In this document: in pieces, positions 45,101 to 60,100 of the stretch
How positions within the stretch are numbered: the stretch's first letter is position 1
Layout of the letters: each line of letters begins with the position of its first letter
DNA from: Eledone cirrhosa
Lineage: Eukaryota
Length of the DNA: 64,000 nucleotides
Assembly: GCA_964016885.1 (NCBI GenBank)
Contig: OZ024748.1
Span: 26,412,001 to 26,476,000, forward strand
Direction: 5' to 3'
Program-made: the position numbers and the translations under genes
The notes under the pieces: model-generated
What the model saw: the letters and a program-made list of their open reading frames with translations, nothing else
What the model was told of the DNA's origin: nothing
The model's database searches: none

Positions 45101-48100
45101 AGTTGTTTCATCTCCAGAACACACCTCTATAACACCTACAGATGAACTTACTAGTATTGAATATAGAACTGAGACATCAACTGAAAAATCACTACCTACG
45201 ATAACACCTACAAGCACAGCAGAAAAGATCACTGAAACTATAACAGACACAACAGCAACAACATCACAGCTTCCTTCAACAAGTGAAATCCATATAGAAA
45301 CTCCTAAATCTACTTCTGAACTGCCTCATATAACTGACATTGAAACAAGTACAGTGGAAAGAACAACACAAATTACAGATATTGAAACTGAACGCAGAAC
45401 TCAGACAGAAATTACACCACAACTAACAACATCTCCTGAAGAAACAACTCTGTCTACTCAGGTAGAGGACATCGAAAGGGTGACACCAACACAAGTTGCT
45501 AGCACAATGCATACATCACCTGAAACAACAGTTGTTTCATCTCCAGAACACACCTCTATAACACCTACAGATGAACTTACTAGTATTGAATATAGAACTG
45601 AGACATCAACTGAAAAATCACTACCTACGATAACACCTACAAGCACAGCAGAAAAGATCACTGAACCTAGAACAGACACAACAGCAACAACATCACAGCT
45701 TCCTTCAACAAGTGAAATCCATATAGAAACTCCTAAATCTACTTCTGAACTGCCTCATATAACTGACATTGAAACAAGTACAGTGGAAAGAACAACACAA
45801 ATTACAGATATTGAAACTGAACGCACAACTCAGACAGAAATTACACCACAACTAACAACATCTCCTGAAGAAACAAGTCTGTCTACTCAGGTAGAGGACA
45901 TCGAAAGGGTGCCACCAACACAAGTTGCTAGCACAATGCATACATCACCTGAAACAACAGTTGTTTCATCTCCAGAACACACCTCTATAACACCTACAGA
46001 TGAACTTACTAGTATTGAATATAGAACTGAGACATCAACTGAAAAATCACTACCTACGATAACACCTACAAGCACAGCAGAAAAGATCACTGAAACTATA
46101 ACAGACACAACAGCAACAACATCACAGCTTCCTTCAACAAGTGAAATCCATATAGAAACTCCTAAATCTACTTCTGAACTGCCTCATATAACTGACATTG
46201 AAACAAGTACAGTGGAAAGAACAACACAAATTACAGATATTGAAACTGAACGCAGAACTCAGACAGAAATTACACCACAACTAACAACATCTCCTGAAGA
46301 AACAACTCTGTCTACTCAGGTAGAGGACATCGAAAGGGTGACACCAACACAAGTTGCTAGCACAATGCATACATCACCTGAAACAACAGTTGTTTCATCT
46401 CCAGAACACACCTCTATAACACCTACAGATGAACTTACTAGTATTGAATATATAACTGAGACATCAACTGAAAAACCACTACCTATCAAGACACCTACAA
46501 GCACAGCAGAAAAGATCACTGAACCTAGAACAGACACAACAGCAACAACATCACAGCTTCCTTCAACAAGTGAAATCCATATAGAAACTCCTAAATCTAC
46601 TTCTGAACTGCCTCATATAACTGACATTGAAACAAGTACAGTGGAAAGAACAACACAAATTACAGATATTGAAACTGAACGCACAACTCAGACAGAAATT
46701 ACACCACAACTAACAACATCTCCTGAAGAAACAACTCTGTCTACTCAGGTAGAGGACATCGAAAGGGTGACACCAACACAAGTTGCTAGCACAATGCATA
46801 CATCACCTGAAACAACAGTTGTTTCATCTCCAGAAATCACCTCTATAACACCTACAGATGAACTTACTAGTATTGAATATACAACTGTGACATCAACTGA
46901 AAAACCACTACCTATAAAGACACCTACAAGCACAGCTGAAAAGATCACTGAAACTAGAACAGACACAACAGCAACAACATCACAGCTTCCTTCAGCAAGT
47001 GAAATCTATATAGAAACTCCTAAATCTACTTCTGAACTGCCTCATATAACAGACATTGAAACAAGTACAATGGAAAGAACAACACAAATTACAGATATTG
47101 AAACGGAACGCACAACTCAGACAGAAATTACACCACAACTAACAACATCTCCTGAAGAAACAACTCTGTTTACTCAGGTAGAGGACATTGAAAAGGTGAC
47201 ACCAACACAAGTTGCTAGCACAATGCATACATCACCTGAAACAACAGTTGTTTCGTCTCCAGAACACACCTCTATAACACCTACACATGAACTTACTAGT
47301 ATTGAATATACAACTGAGACATCAACTGAAAAACCACTACCTATAAAGACACCTACAAGCACAGCTGAAAAGATCACTGAAACTATAACAGACACAACAG
47401 CAACAACATCACAGCTTCTTTCAACAAGTGAAACCCATATAGAAACTCCTAAATCTACTTCTGAACTGCCTCATATAACTGACATTGAAACAAGTACAGT
47501 GGAAAGAACAACACAAATTACAGATATTGAAACTGAACGCAGAACTCAGACAGAAATTACACCACAACTAACAACATCTCCTGAAGAAACAACTCTGTCT
47601 ACTCAGGTAGAGGACATCGAAAGGGTGACACCAACACAAGTTGCTAGCACAATGCATACATCACCTGAAACAACAGTTGTTTCATCTCCAGAACACACCT
47701 CTATAACACCTACAGATGAACTTACTAGTATTGAATATATAACTGAGACATCAACTGAAAAACCACTACCTATCAAGACACCTACAAGCACAGCAGAAAA
47801 GATCACTGAACCTAGAACACACACAACAGCAACAACATCACAGCTTCCTTCAACAAGTGAAATCCATATAGAAACTCCTAAATCTACTTCTGAACTGCCT
47901 CATATAACTGACATTGAAACAAGTACAGTGGAAAGAACAACACAAATTACAGATATTGAAACTGAACGCACAACTCAGACAGAAATTACACCACAACTAA
48001 CAACATCTCCTGAAGAAACAACTCTGTCTACTCAGGTAGAGGACATCAAAAGGGTGACACCAACACAAGTTGCTAGCACAATGCATACATCACCTGAAAC

Positions 48101-51100
48101 AACAGTTGTTTCATCTCCAGAACACACCTCTATAACACCTACAGATGAACTTACTAGTATTGAATATACAACTGAGACATCAACTGAAAAACCACTACCT
48201 ATAAAGACACCTACAAGCACAGCTGAAAAGATCACTGAAACTATAACAGACACAACATCAACAACAACACAGCTTCCTTCAACAAGTGAAATCCATATAG
48301 AAACTCCTAAATCTACTTCTGAACTGCCTCATATAACTGACATTGAAACAAGTACAGTGGAAAGAACAACACAAATTACAGATATTGAAACTGAACGCAC
48401 AACTCAGACAGAAATTACACCACAACTAACAACATCTCCTGAAGAAACAACTCTGTCTACTCAGGTAGAGGACATCGAAAGGGTGACACCAACACAAGTT
48501 GCTAGCACAATGCATACATCACCTGAAACAACAGTTGTTTCATCTCCAGAACACACCTCTATAACACCTACAGATGAACTTACTAGTATTGAATATACAA
48601 CTGAGACATCAACTGAAAAACCACTACCTATAAAGTCACCTACAAGCACAGCAGAAAAGATCACTGAAACTATAACAGACACAACAGCAACAACATCACA
48701 GCTTCCTTCAACAAGTGAAATCCATATAGAAACTCCTAAATCTACTTCTGAACTGCCTCATATAACTGACATTGAAACAAGTACAGTGGAAAGAACATCA
48801 CAAATTACAGATATTGAAACTGAACGCACAACTCAGACAGAAATTACACCACAACTAACAACATCTCCTGAAGAAACAACTCTGTCTACTCAGGTAGAGG
48901 ACATCGAAAAGGTGACACCAACACAAGTTGCTAGCACAATGCATACATCACCTGAAACAACAGTTGTTTCATCTCCAGAACACACCTCTATAACACCTAC
49001 AGATGAACTTACTAGTATTGAATATACAACTGAGACATCAACTGAAAAACCACTACCTATAAAGACACCTACAAGCACAGCTGAAAAGATCACTGAAACT
49101 ATAACAGACACAACAGCAACAACATCACAGCTTCCTTCAACAAGTGAAATCCATATAGAAACTCCTAAATCTACTTCTGAACTGCCTCATATAACTGACG
49201 TTGAAACAAGTACGATGGAAAGAACAACACAAATTACAGATATTGAAACTGAACGCACAACTCAGACAGAAAGTACACCACAACTAACAACATCTCCTGA
49301 AGAAACAACTCTGTCTACTCAGGTAGAGGACATCGAAAAGGTGACACCAACACGAGTTGCTAGCACAATGCATACATCACCTGAAACAACAGTTGTTTCA
49401 TCTCCTGAACACACCTCTATAACATCTACAGATGAACTTACTAGTATTGAATATAGAACTGAGACATCAACTGAAAAATCACTACCTACGATAACACCTA
49501 CAAGCACAGCAGAAAAGATCACTGAAACTATAACAGACACAACAGCAACAACATCACAGCTTCCTTCAACAAGTGAAATCCATATAGAAACTCCTAAATC
49601 TACTTCTGAACTGCCTCATATAACTGACATTGAAACAAGTACAGTGGAAAGGACAACACAAATTACAGATATTGAAACTGAACGCACAACTCAGACAGAA
49701 ATTACACCACAACTAACAACATCTCCTGAAGAAACAACTCTGTCTACTCAGGTAGAGGACATCGAAAAGGTGACACCAACACAAGTTGCTAGCACAATGC
49801 ATACATCACCTGAAACAACAGTTGTTTCATCTCCAGAACACACCTCTATAACACCTACAGATGAACTTACTAGTATTGAATATACAACTGAGACATCAAC
49901 TGAAAAACCACTACCTATCAAGACACCTACAAGCACGGCAGAAAAGATCACTGAAACTATAACAGACACAGTAGCAACAACATCACAGCTTCCTTCAACA
50001 AGTGAAATCCATATAGAAACTCCTAAATCTACTTCTGAACTGCCTTATACAACTGACATTGAAACAAGTACAGCGGAAAGGACAACACAAATTACAGATA
50101 TTGAAACTGAACGCACAACTCAGACAGAAATTACACCACAACTAACAACATCTCCTGAAGAAACAACTCTGTCTACTCAGGTAGAGGACATCGTAAAGGT
50201 GACACCAACACAAGTTGCTAGCACAATGCATACATCACCTGAAACAACAGTTGTTTCATCTCCAGAACGCACCTCTATAACACCTACAGATGAACTTACT
50301 AGTATTGAATATACAACTGAGACATCAACTGAAAAACCACTACCTATCAAGACACCTACAAGCACAGCGGAAAAGATCACTGAAACTAGAACAGACACAA
50401 CAGCAACAACATCACAGCTTCCTTTAAGAACAACACAAGTTACAGATATTGAAACTGAGCGCACAACTCAGACAGAAATTACACCACAACAAACAACATC
50501 TCCTAAAGAAACAACACTGTCTACTCATATAACTGACATTGAAACAAGTACAGTGGAAAGAACAACACAAATTACAGATATTGAAACTGAACGCACAACT
50601 CAGACAGAAATTACACCACAACTAACAACATCTGAAGAAACAACTCTGTCAACTCAGGTAGAGGACATCGAAAAGGTGACACCAACAACAGTTGTTTCAT
50701 CTCCAGAACACACCTCTATAACACCTACAGGTGAACTTACTAGTATTGAATATACAACTGAGACATCAACTGAAAAACCACTACCTGTCAAGACACATAC
50801 AAGCACCGCAGAAAAGATCACTGAAACTAGAACAGACACAACAGCAACAACATCACAGTTTCCTTTAACAAGTGAAATCCATATAGAAACTCATAAATCT
50901 ACTTCTGAACTGCCTCATATAACTGACATTGAAACAAGTACAGTGGAAAGAACAACACAAATTACAGATATTGAAACTGAACGCACAACTCAAGCAGAAA
51001 TTACACCACAACAAACACCATCTCCTGAAGAAACAACTCTGTCTGCTCAGGTAGAGGACATCGAAAAGGTGACACCAACACAAGTTGCTAGAACAATGCA

Positions 51101-54100
51101 TACATCACCTGAAACAACAGTTGTTTCATCTCCAGAACACACCTCTATAACACTTACAGATGAACTTATTAGTATTGAATATACAACTGAGACATCAACT
51201 GAAAAACCACTACCTATCAAGACACCTACAAGCACAGCAGAAAAGATCACTGAAACTATAACAGACACAGCAGCAACAACATCACAGCTTCCTTCAACAA
51301 GTGAAATCCATATAGAAACTCCTAAATCTACTTCTGAACTGCCTCATATAACTGACATTGAAACAAGTACAGTGGAAAGAACAACACAAATTACAGATCT
51401 TGAAACTGAACGCACAACTCAGACAGAAATTACACCACAACTAACAACATCTCCTGAAGAAACAACTCTGTCTACTCAGGTAGAGGACATCGAAAAGGTG
51501 ACACCAACACAAGTTGCTAGCACAATGCATACATCACCTGAAACAACAGTTGTTTCATCTCCAGAACACACCTCTATAACACCTACAGATGAACTTACTA
51601 GTATTGAATATACAACTGAGACATCAACTGAAAAACCACTACCTATAAAGACACCTACAAGCACAGCAGAAAAGATCACTGAAACTAGAACAGACACAAC
51701 AGCAACGACATCACAGCTTCCTTTAACAACTGAAATCCATATAGAAACTCCTAAATCTACTTCTGAACTGCCTCATATAACTGACATTGAAACAAGTACA
51801 GTGGAAAGAACAACACAAATTACAGATATTGAAACTGAACGCACAACTCAGACAGAAATTACACCACAACTAACAACATCTCCTGAAGAAACAACTCTGT
51901 CTACTCAGGTAGAGGACATCGAAAGGGTGACACCAACACAAGTTGCTAGCACAATGCATACATCACCTGAAACAACAGTTGTTTCATCTCCAGAACACAC
52001 CTCTATAACACCTACAGATGAACTTACTAGTATTGAATATACAACTGAGACATCAACTGAAAAACCACTACCTATGACAACAAGTACAAGCACAGCAGAA
52101 AAGATCACTGAAACTAGAACAGACACAACAGCAACAACATCACAGCTTCCTTCAACAAGTGAAATCCATATAGAAACTCCTAAATCTACTTCTGAACTGC
52201 CTCATATAACTGACATTGAAACAAGTACAGTGGAAAGAACAACACAAGTTACAGATATTGAAACTGAGCGCACAACTCAGACAGAAATTACACCACAACA
52301 CACAACATCTCCTGAAGAAACAACACTGTCTACTCAGGTAGAGGACATCGTAAAGGTGACAGCAACACAAGTTGCTAGCACAATGCATACATCACCTGAA
52401 ACGACAGTTGTTTCATCTCCTGAACACACCTCTATGACACCTACAGATGAACATACTATTATTGAATATAGAACTGAGACATCAACTGAAAAACCACTAC
52501 CTATAAAGACACCTACAAGCACAGCTGAAAAGATCACTGAAACTATAACAGACATAACAGCAACAACATCACAGCTTCCTTCAACAAGTGAAATCCATAT
52601 AGAAACTCCTAAATCTACTTCTGAACTGCCTCATATAACTGACATTGAAACAAGTACAGTGGAAAGAACAACACACGTTACAGATATTGAAACTGAACGC
52701 ACAACTCAGACAGAAATTACACCACAACTAACAACATCTCCTGAAGAAACAACTCTGTCTACTCAGGTAGAGGACATCGAAAAGGTGACACCAACACAAG
52801 TTGCTAGCACAATGCATACATCACCTGAAAGAACAGTTGTTTCATCTCCTGAACACACTTCTATAACACCTACAGATGAACTCACTATTAAAGAATACAT
52901 AACTGAGACATCAACAGAAAAATCACTACCTATGACAACACCTACACGCACAGCAGAAAAGATCACTGAAACTAGAACAGACACAGCAGCAACAACATCA
53001 CAGCTTCCTTCAACAAGTGAAATCCATATAGAAACTCATAAATCTACTTCTGAACTGCCTCATATAACTGACATTGAAAAAAGTACAGTGGAAAGAACAA
53101 CACAAGTTACAAATATTGAAACTAAGCGCACAACTCAGACAGAAATTACACCACAACAAACAACATCTCCTGAAGAAACAACGCTGTCTACTCAGGTAGA
53201 GGACATCGTAAAGGTGACACCAACACAAGTTGCTAGCACAATGCATACATCACCTGAAACAACAGTTGTTTCATCTCCTGAACACACCTCTATAACACCT
53301 ACAGATGAACTTACTAGTATTGAATATACAACTGAGACATCAACTGAAAAACCACTACCTATCAAGACACATACAAGCACAGCAGAAAAGATCACTGAAA
53401 CTAGAACAGACACAACAGCAACAACATCACAGCTTCCTTCAACAAGTGAAATCCATATAGAAACTCCTAAATCTACTTCTGAACTGCCTCATATAACTGA
53501 CATTGAAACAAGTACAGTGGAAAGAACAACACAAATTACAGATATTGAGACTGAACGCACAACTCAGACAGAAAGTACACCACAACTAACAACATCTCCT
53601 GAAGAAACAACTCTGTCTACTCAGGTAGAGGACATCGAAAGGGTGACACCAACACAAGTTGCTAGCACAATGCATACATCACCTGAAACAAAAGTTGTTT
53701 CATCTTCTGAACACACCTCTATAACACCTACAGATGAACTTACTAGTATTGAATATAGAACTGAGACATCAACTGAAAAATCACTACCTACGATAACACC
53801 TACAAGCACAGCAGAAAAGATCACTGAAAATATAACAGACACAACAGCAACAACGTCACAGCTTCCTTCAACAAGTGAAATCCATATAGAAACTCCTAAA
53901 TCTACTTCTGAACTGCCTCATATAACTGACATTGAAACAAGTACAGTGGAAAGAACAACACAAGTTACAGATATTGAAACTGAGCGCACAACTCAGACAG
54001 AAATTACACCACAACAAACAACATCTGAAGAAACAACACTGTCTACTCAGGTAGAGGACATCGTAAAGGTGACACCAACACAAGTTGCTAGCACAATGCA

Positions 54101-57100
54101 TACATCACCTGAAACAACAGTTGTTTCGTCTCCAGAACACACCTCTATAACACCTACACATGAACTTACTAGTATTGAATATACAACTGAGACATCAACT
54201 GAAAAACCACTACCTATAAAGACACCTACAAGCACAGCTGAAAAGATCACTGAAACTATAACAGACACAACAGCAACAACATCAAAGCTTCCTTCAACAA
54301 GTGAAACCCATATAGAAACTCCTAAATCTACTTCTGAACTGCCTCATATAACTTACATTGAAACAAGTACAGTGGAAAGAACAACACAAATTACAGATAT
54401 TGAAACTGAACGCACAACTCAGACAGAAATTACACCACAACTAACAACATCTCCTGAAGAAACAAGTCTGTCTACTCAGGTAGAGGACATCGAAAGGGTG
54501 CCACCAACACAAGTTGCTAGCACAATGCATACATCACCTGAAACAACAGTTGTTTCATCTCCAGAACACACCTCTATAACACCTACAGATGAACTTACTA
54601 GTATTGAATATAGAACTGAGACATCAACTGAAAAATCACTACCTACGATAACACCTACAAGCACAGCAGAAAAGATCACTGAAACTATAACAGACACAAC
54701 AGCAACAACATCACAGCTTCCTTCAACAAGTGAAATCCATATAGAAACTCCTAAATCTACTTCTGAACTGCCTCATATAACTGACATTGAAACAAGTACA
54801 GTGGAAAGAACAACACAAATTACAGATATTGAAACTGAACGCAGAACTCAGACAGAAATTACACCACAACTAACAACATCTCCTGAAGAAGCAACTCTGT
54901 CTACTCAGGTAGAGGACATCGAAAGGGTGACACCAACACAAGTTGCTAGCACAATGCATACATCACCTGAAACAACAGTTGTTTCATCTCCAGAACACAC
55001 CTCTATAACACCTACAGATGAACTTACTAGTATTGAATATATAACTGAGACATCAACTGAAAAACCACTACCTATCAAGACACCTACAAGCACAGCAGAA
55101 AAGATCACTGAACCTAGAACAGACACAACAGCAACAACATCACAGCTTCCTTCAACAAGTGAAATCCATATAGAAACTCCTAAATCTACTTCTGAACTGC
55201 CTCATATAACTGACATTGAAACAAGTACAGTGGAAAGAACAACACAAATTACAGATATTGAAACTGAACGCACAACTCAGACAGAAATTACACCACAACT
55301 AACAACATCTCCTGAAGAAACAACTCTGTCTACTCAGGTAGAGGACATCGAAAGGGTGACACCAACACAAGTTGCTAGCACAATGCATACATCACCTGAA
55401 ACAACAGTTGTTTCATCTCCAGAAATCACCTCTATAACACCTACAGATGAACTTACTAGTATTGAATATACAACTGTGACATCAACTGAAAAACCACTAC
55501 CTATAAAGACACCTACAAGCACAGCTGAAAAGATCACTGAAACTAGAACAGACACAACAGCAACAACATCACAGCTTCCTTCAGCAAGTGAAATCCATAT
55601 AGAAACTCCTAAATCTACTTCTGAACTGCCTCATATAACAGACATTGAAACAAGTACAATGGAAAGAACAACACAAATTACAGATATTGAAACGGAACGC
55701 ACAACTCAGACAGAAATTACACCACAACTAACAACATCTCCTGAAGAAACAACTCTGTCTACTCAGGTAGAGGACATCAAAAGGGTGACACCAACACAAG
55801 TTGCTAGCACAATGCATACATCACCTGAAACAACAGTTGTTTCATCTCCAGAACACACCTCTATAACACCTACAGATGAACTTACTAGTATTGAATATAC
55901 AACTGAGACATCAACTGAAAAACCACTACCTATAAAGACACCTACAAGCACAGCTGAAAAGATCACTGAAACTATAACAGACACAACATCAACAACAACA
56001 CAGCTTCCTTCAACAAGTGAAATCCATATAGAAACTCCTAAATCTACTTCTGAACTGCCTCATATAACTGACATTGAAACAAGTACAGTGGAAAGAACAA
56101 CACAAATTACAGATATTGAAACTGAACGCACAACTCAGACAGAAATTACACCACAACTAACAACATCTCCTGAAGAAACAACTCTGTCTACTCAGGTAGA
56201 GGACATCGAAAGGGTGACACCAACACAAGTTGCTAGCACAATGCATACATCACCTGAAACAACAGTTGTTTCATCTCCAGAACACACCTCTATAACACCT
56301 ACAGATGAACTTACTAGTATTGAATATACAACTGAGACATCAACTGAAAAACCACTACCTATAAAGACACCTACAAGCACAGCAGAAAAGATCACTGAAA
56401 CTATAACAGACACAACAGCAACAACATCACAGCTTCCTTCAACAAGTGAAATCCATATAGAAACTCCTAAATCTACTTCTGAACTGCCTCATATAACTGA
56501 CATTGAAACAAGTACAGTGGAAAGAACAACACAAATTACAGATATTGAAACTGAACGCACAACTCAGACAGAAATTACACCACAACTAACAACATCTCCT
56601 GAAGAAACAACTCTGTCTACTCAGGTAGAGGACATCGAAAAGGTGACACCAACACAAGTTGCTAGCACAATGCATACATCACCTGAAACAACAGTTGTTT
56701 CATCTCCAGAACACACCTCTATAACACCTACAAATGAACTTACTAGTATTGAATATACAACTGAGACATCAACTGAAAAACCACTACCTATAAAGACACC
56801 TACAAGCACAGCTGAAAAGATCACTGAAACTATAACAGACACAACAGCAACAACATCACAGCTTCCTTCAACAAGTGAAATCCATATAGAAACTCCTAAA
56901 TCTACTTCTGAACTGCCTCATATAACTGACGTTGAAACAAGTACGATGGAAAGAACAACACAAATTACAGATATTGAAACTGAACGCACAACTCAGACAG
57001 AAATTACACCACAACTAACAACATCTCCTGAAGAAACAACTCTGTCTACTCAGGTAGAGGACATCGAAAAGGTGACACCAACACGAGTTGCTAGCACAAT

Positions 57101-60100
57101 GCATACATCACCTGAAACAACAGTTGTTTCATCTCCTGAACACACCTCTATAACATCTACAGATGAACTTACTAGTATTGAATATAGAACTGAGACATCA
57201 ACTGAAAAATCACTACCTACGATAACACCTACAAGCACAGCAGAAAAGATCACTGAAACTATAACAGACACAACAGCAACAACATCACAGCTTCCTTCAA
57301 CAAGTGAAATCCATATAGAAACTCCTAAATCTACTTCTGAACTGCCTCATATAACTGACATTGAAACAAGTACAGTGGAAAGGACAACACAAATTACAGA
57401 TATTGAAACTGAACGCACAACTCAGACAGAAATTACACCACAACTAACAACATCTCCTGAAGAAACAACTCTGTCTACTCAGGTAGAGGACATCGTAAAG
57501 GTGACACCAACACAAGTTGCTAGCACAATGCATACATCACCTGAAACAACAGTTGTTTCGTCTCCAGAACACACCTCTATAACACCTACAGATGAACTTA
57601 CTAGTATTGAATATACAACTGAGACATCAACTGAAAAACCACTACCTATCAAGACACCTACAAGCACGGCAGAAAAGATCACTGAAACTATAACAGACAC
57701 AGTAGCAACAACATCACAGCTTCCTTCAACAAGTGAAATCCATATAGAAACTCCTAAATCTACTTCTGAACTGCCTTATACAACTGACATTGAAACAAGT
57801 ACAGCGGAAAGGACAACACAAATTACAGATATTGAAACTGAACGCACAACTCAGACAGAAATTACACCACAACTAACAACATCTCCTGAAGAAACAACTC
57901 TGTCTACTCAGGTAGAGGACATCGAAAGGGTGACACCAACACAAGTTGCTAGCACAATGCATACATCACCTGAAACAACAGTTGTTTCATCTCCAGAACA
58001 CACCTCTATAACACCTACAGATGAACTTACTAGTATTGAATATACAACTGAGACATCAACTGAAAAACCACTACCTATGACAACAAGTACAAGCACAGCA
58101 GAAAAGATCACTGAAACTAGAACAGACACAACAGCAACAACATCACAGCTTCCTTCAACAAGTGAAATCCATATAGAAACTCCTAAATCTACTTCTGAAC
58201 TGCCTCATATAACTGACATTGAAACAAGTACAGTGGAAAGAACAACACAAGTTACAGATATTGAAACTGAGCGCACAACTCAGACAGAAATTACACCACA
58301 ACACACAACATCTCCTGAAGAAACAACACTGTCTACTCAGGTAGAGGACATCAAAAGGGTGACACCAACACAAGTTGCTAGCACAATGCATACATCACCT
58401 GAAACAACAGTTGTTTCATCTCCAGAACACACCTCTATAACACCTACAGATGAACTTACTAGTATTGAATATAGAACTGAGACATCAACTGAAAAATCAC
58501 TACCTACGATAACACCTACAAGCACAGCAGAAAAGATCACTGAAACTATAACAGACACAACAGCAACAACATCACAGCTTCCTTCAACAAGTGAAATCCA
58601 TATAGAAACTCCTAAATCTACTTCTGAACTGCCTCATATAACTGACATTGAAACAAGTACAGTGGAAAGGACAACACAAATTACAGATATTGAAACTGAA
58701 CGCACAACTCAGACAGAAATTACACCACAACTAACAACATCTCCTGAAGAAACAACTCTGTCTACTCAGGTAGAGGACATCGAAAAGGTGACACCAACAC
58801 AAGTTGCTAGCACAATGCATACATCACCTGAAACAACAGTTGTTTCATCTCCAGAACACACCTCTATAACACCTACAGATGAACTTACTAGTATTGAATA
58901 TACAACTGAGACATCAACTGAAAAACCACTACCTATCAAGACACCTACAAGCACGGCAGAAAAGATCACTGAAACTATAACAGACACAGTAGCAACAACA
59001 TCACAGCTTCCTTCAACAAGTGAAATCCATATAGAAACTCCTAAATCTACTTCTGAACTGCCTTATACAACTGACATTGAAACAAGTACAGCGGAAAGGA
59101 CAACACAAATTACAGATATTGAAACTGAACGCACAACTCAGACAGAAATTACACCACAACTAACAACATCTCCTGAAGAAACAACTCTGTCTACTCAGGT
59201 AGAGGACATCGTAAAGGTGACACCAACACAAGTTGCTAGCACAATGCATACATCACCTGAAACAACAGTTGTTTCATCTCCAGAACGCACCTCTATAACA
59301 CCTACAGATGAACTTACTAGTATTGAATATACAACTGAGACATCAACTGAAAAACCACTACCTATCAAGACACCTACAAGCACAGCGGAAAAGATCACTG
59401 AAACTAGAACAGACACAACAGCAACAACATCACAGCTTCCTTTAAGAACAACACAAGTTACAGATATTGAAACTGAGCGCACAACTCAGACAGAAATTAC
59501 ACCACAACAAACAACATCTCCTAAAGAAACAACACTGTCTACTCATATAACTGACATTGAAACAAGTACAGTGGAAAGAACAACACAAATTACAGATATT
59601 GAAACTGAACGCACAACTCAGACAGAAATTACACCACAACTAACAACATCTGAAGAAACAACTCTGTCAACTCAGGTAGAGGACATCGAAAAGGTGACAC
59701 CAACAACAGTTGTTTCATCTCCAGAACACACCTCTATAACACCTACAGGTGAACTTACTAGTATTGAATATACAACTGAGACATCAACTGAAAAACCACT
59801 ACCTGTCAAGACACATACAAGCACCGCAGAAAAGATCACTGAAACTAGAACAGACACAACAGCAACAACATCACAGTTTCCTTTAACAAGTGAAATCCAT
59901 ATAGAAACTCATAAATCTACTTCTGAACTGCCTCATATAACTGACATTGAAACAAGTACAGTGGAAAGAACAACACAAATTACAGATATTGAAACTGAAC
60001 GCACAACTCAAGCAGAAATTACACCACAACAAACAACATCTCCTGAAGAAACAACTCTGTCTGCTCAGGTAGAGGACATCGAAAAGGTGACACCAACACA

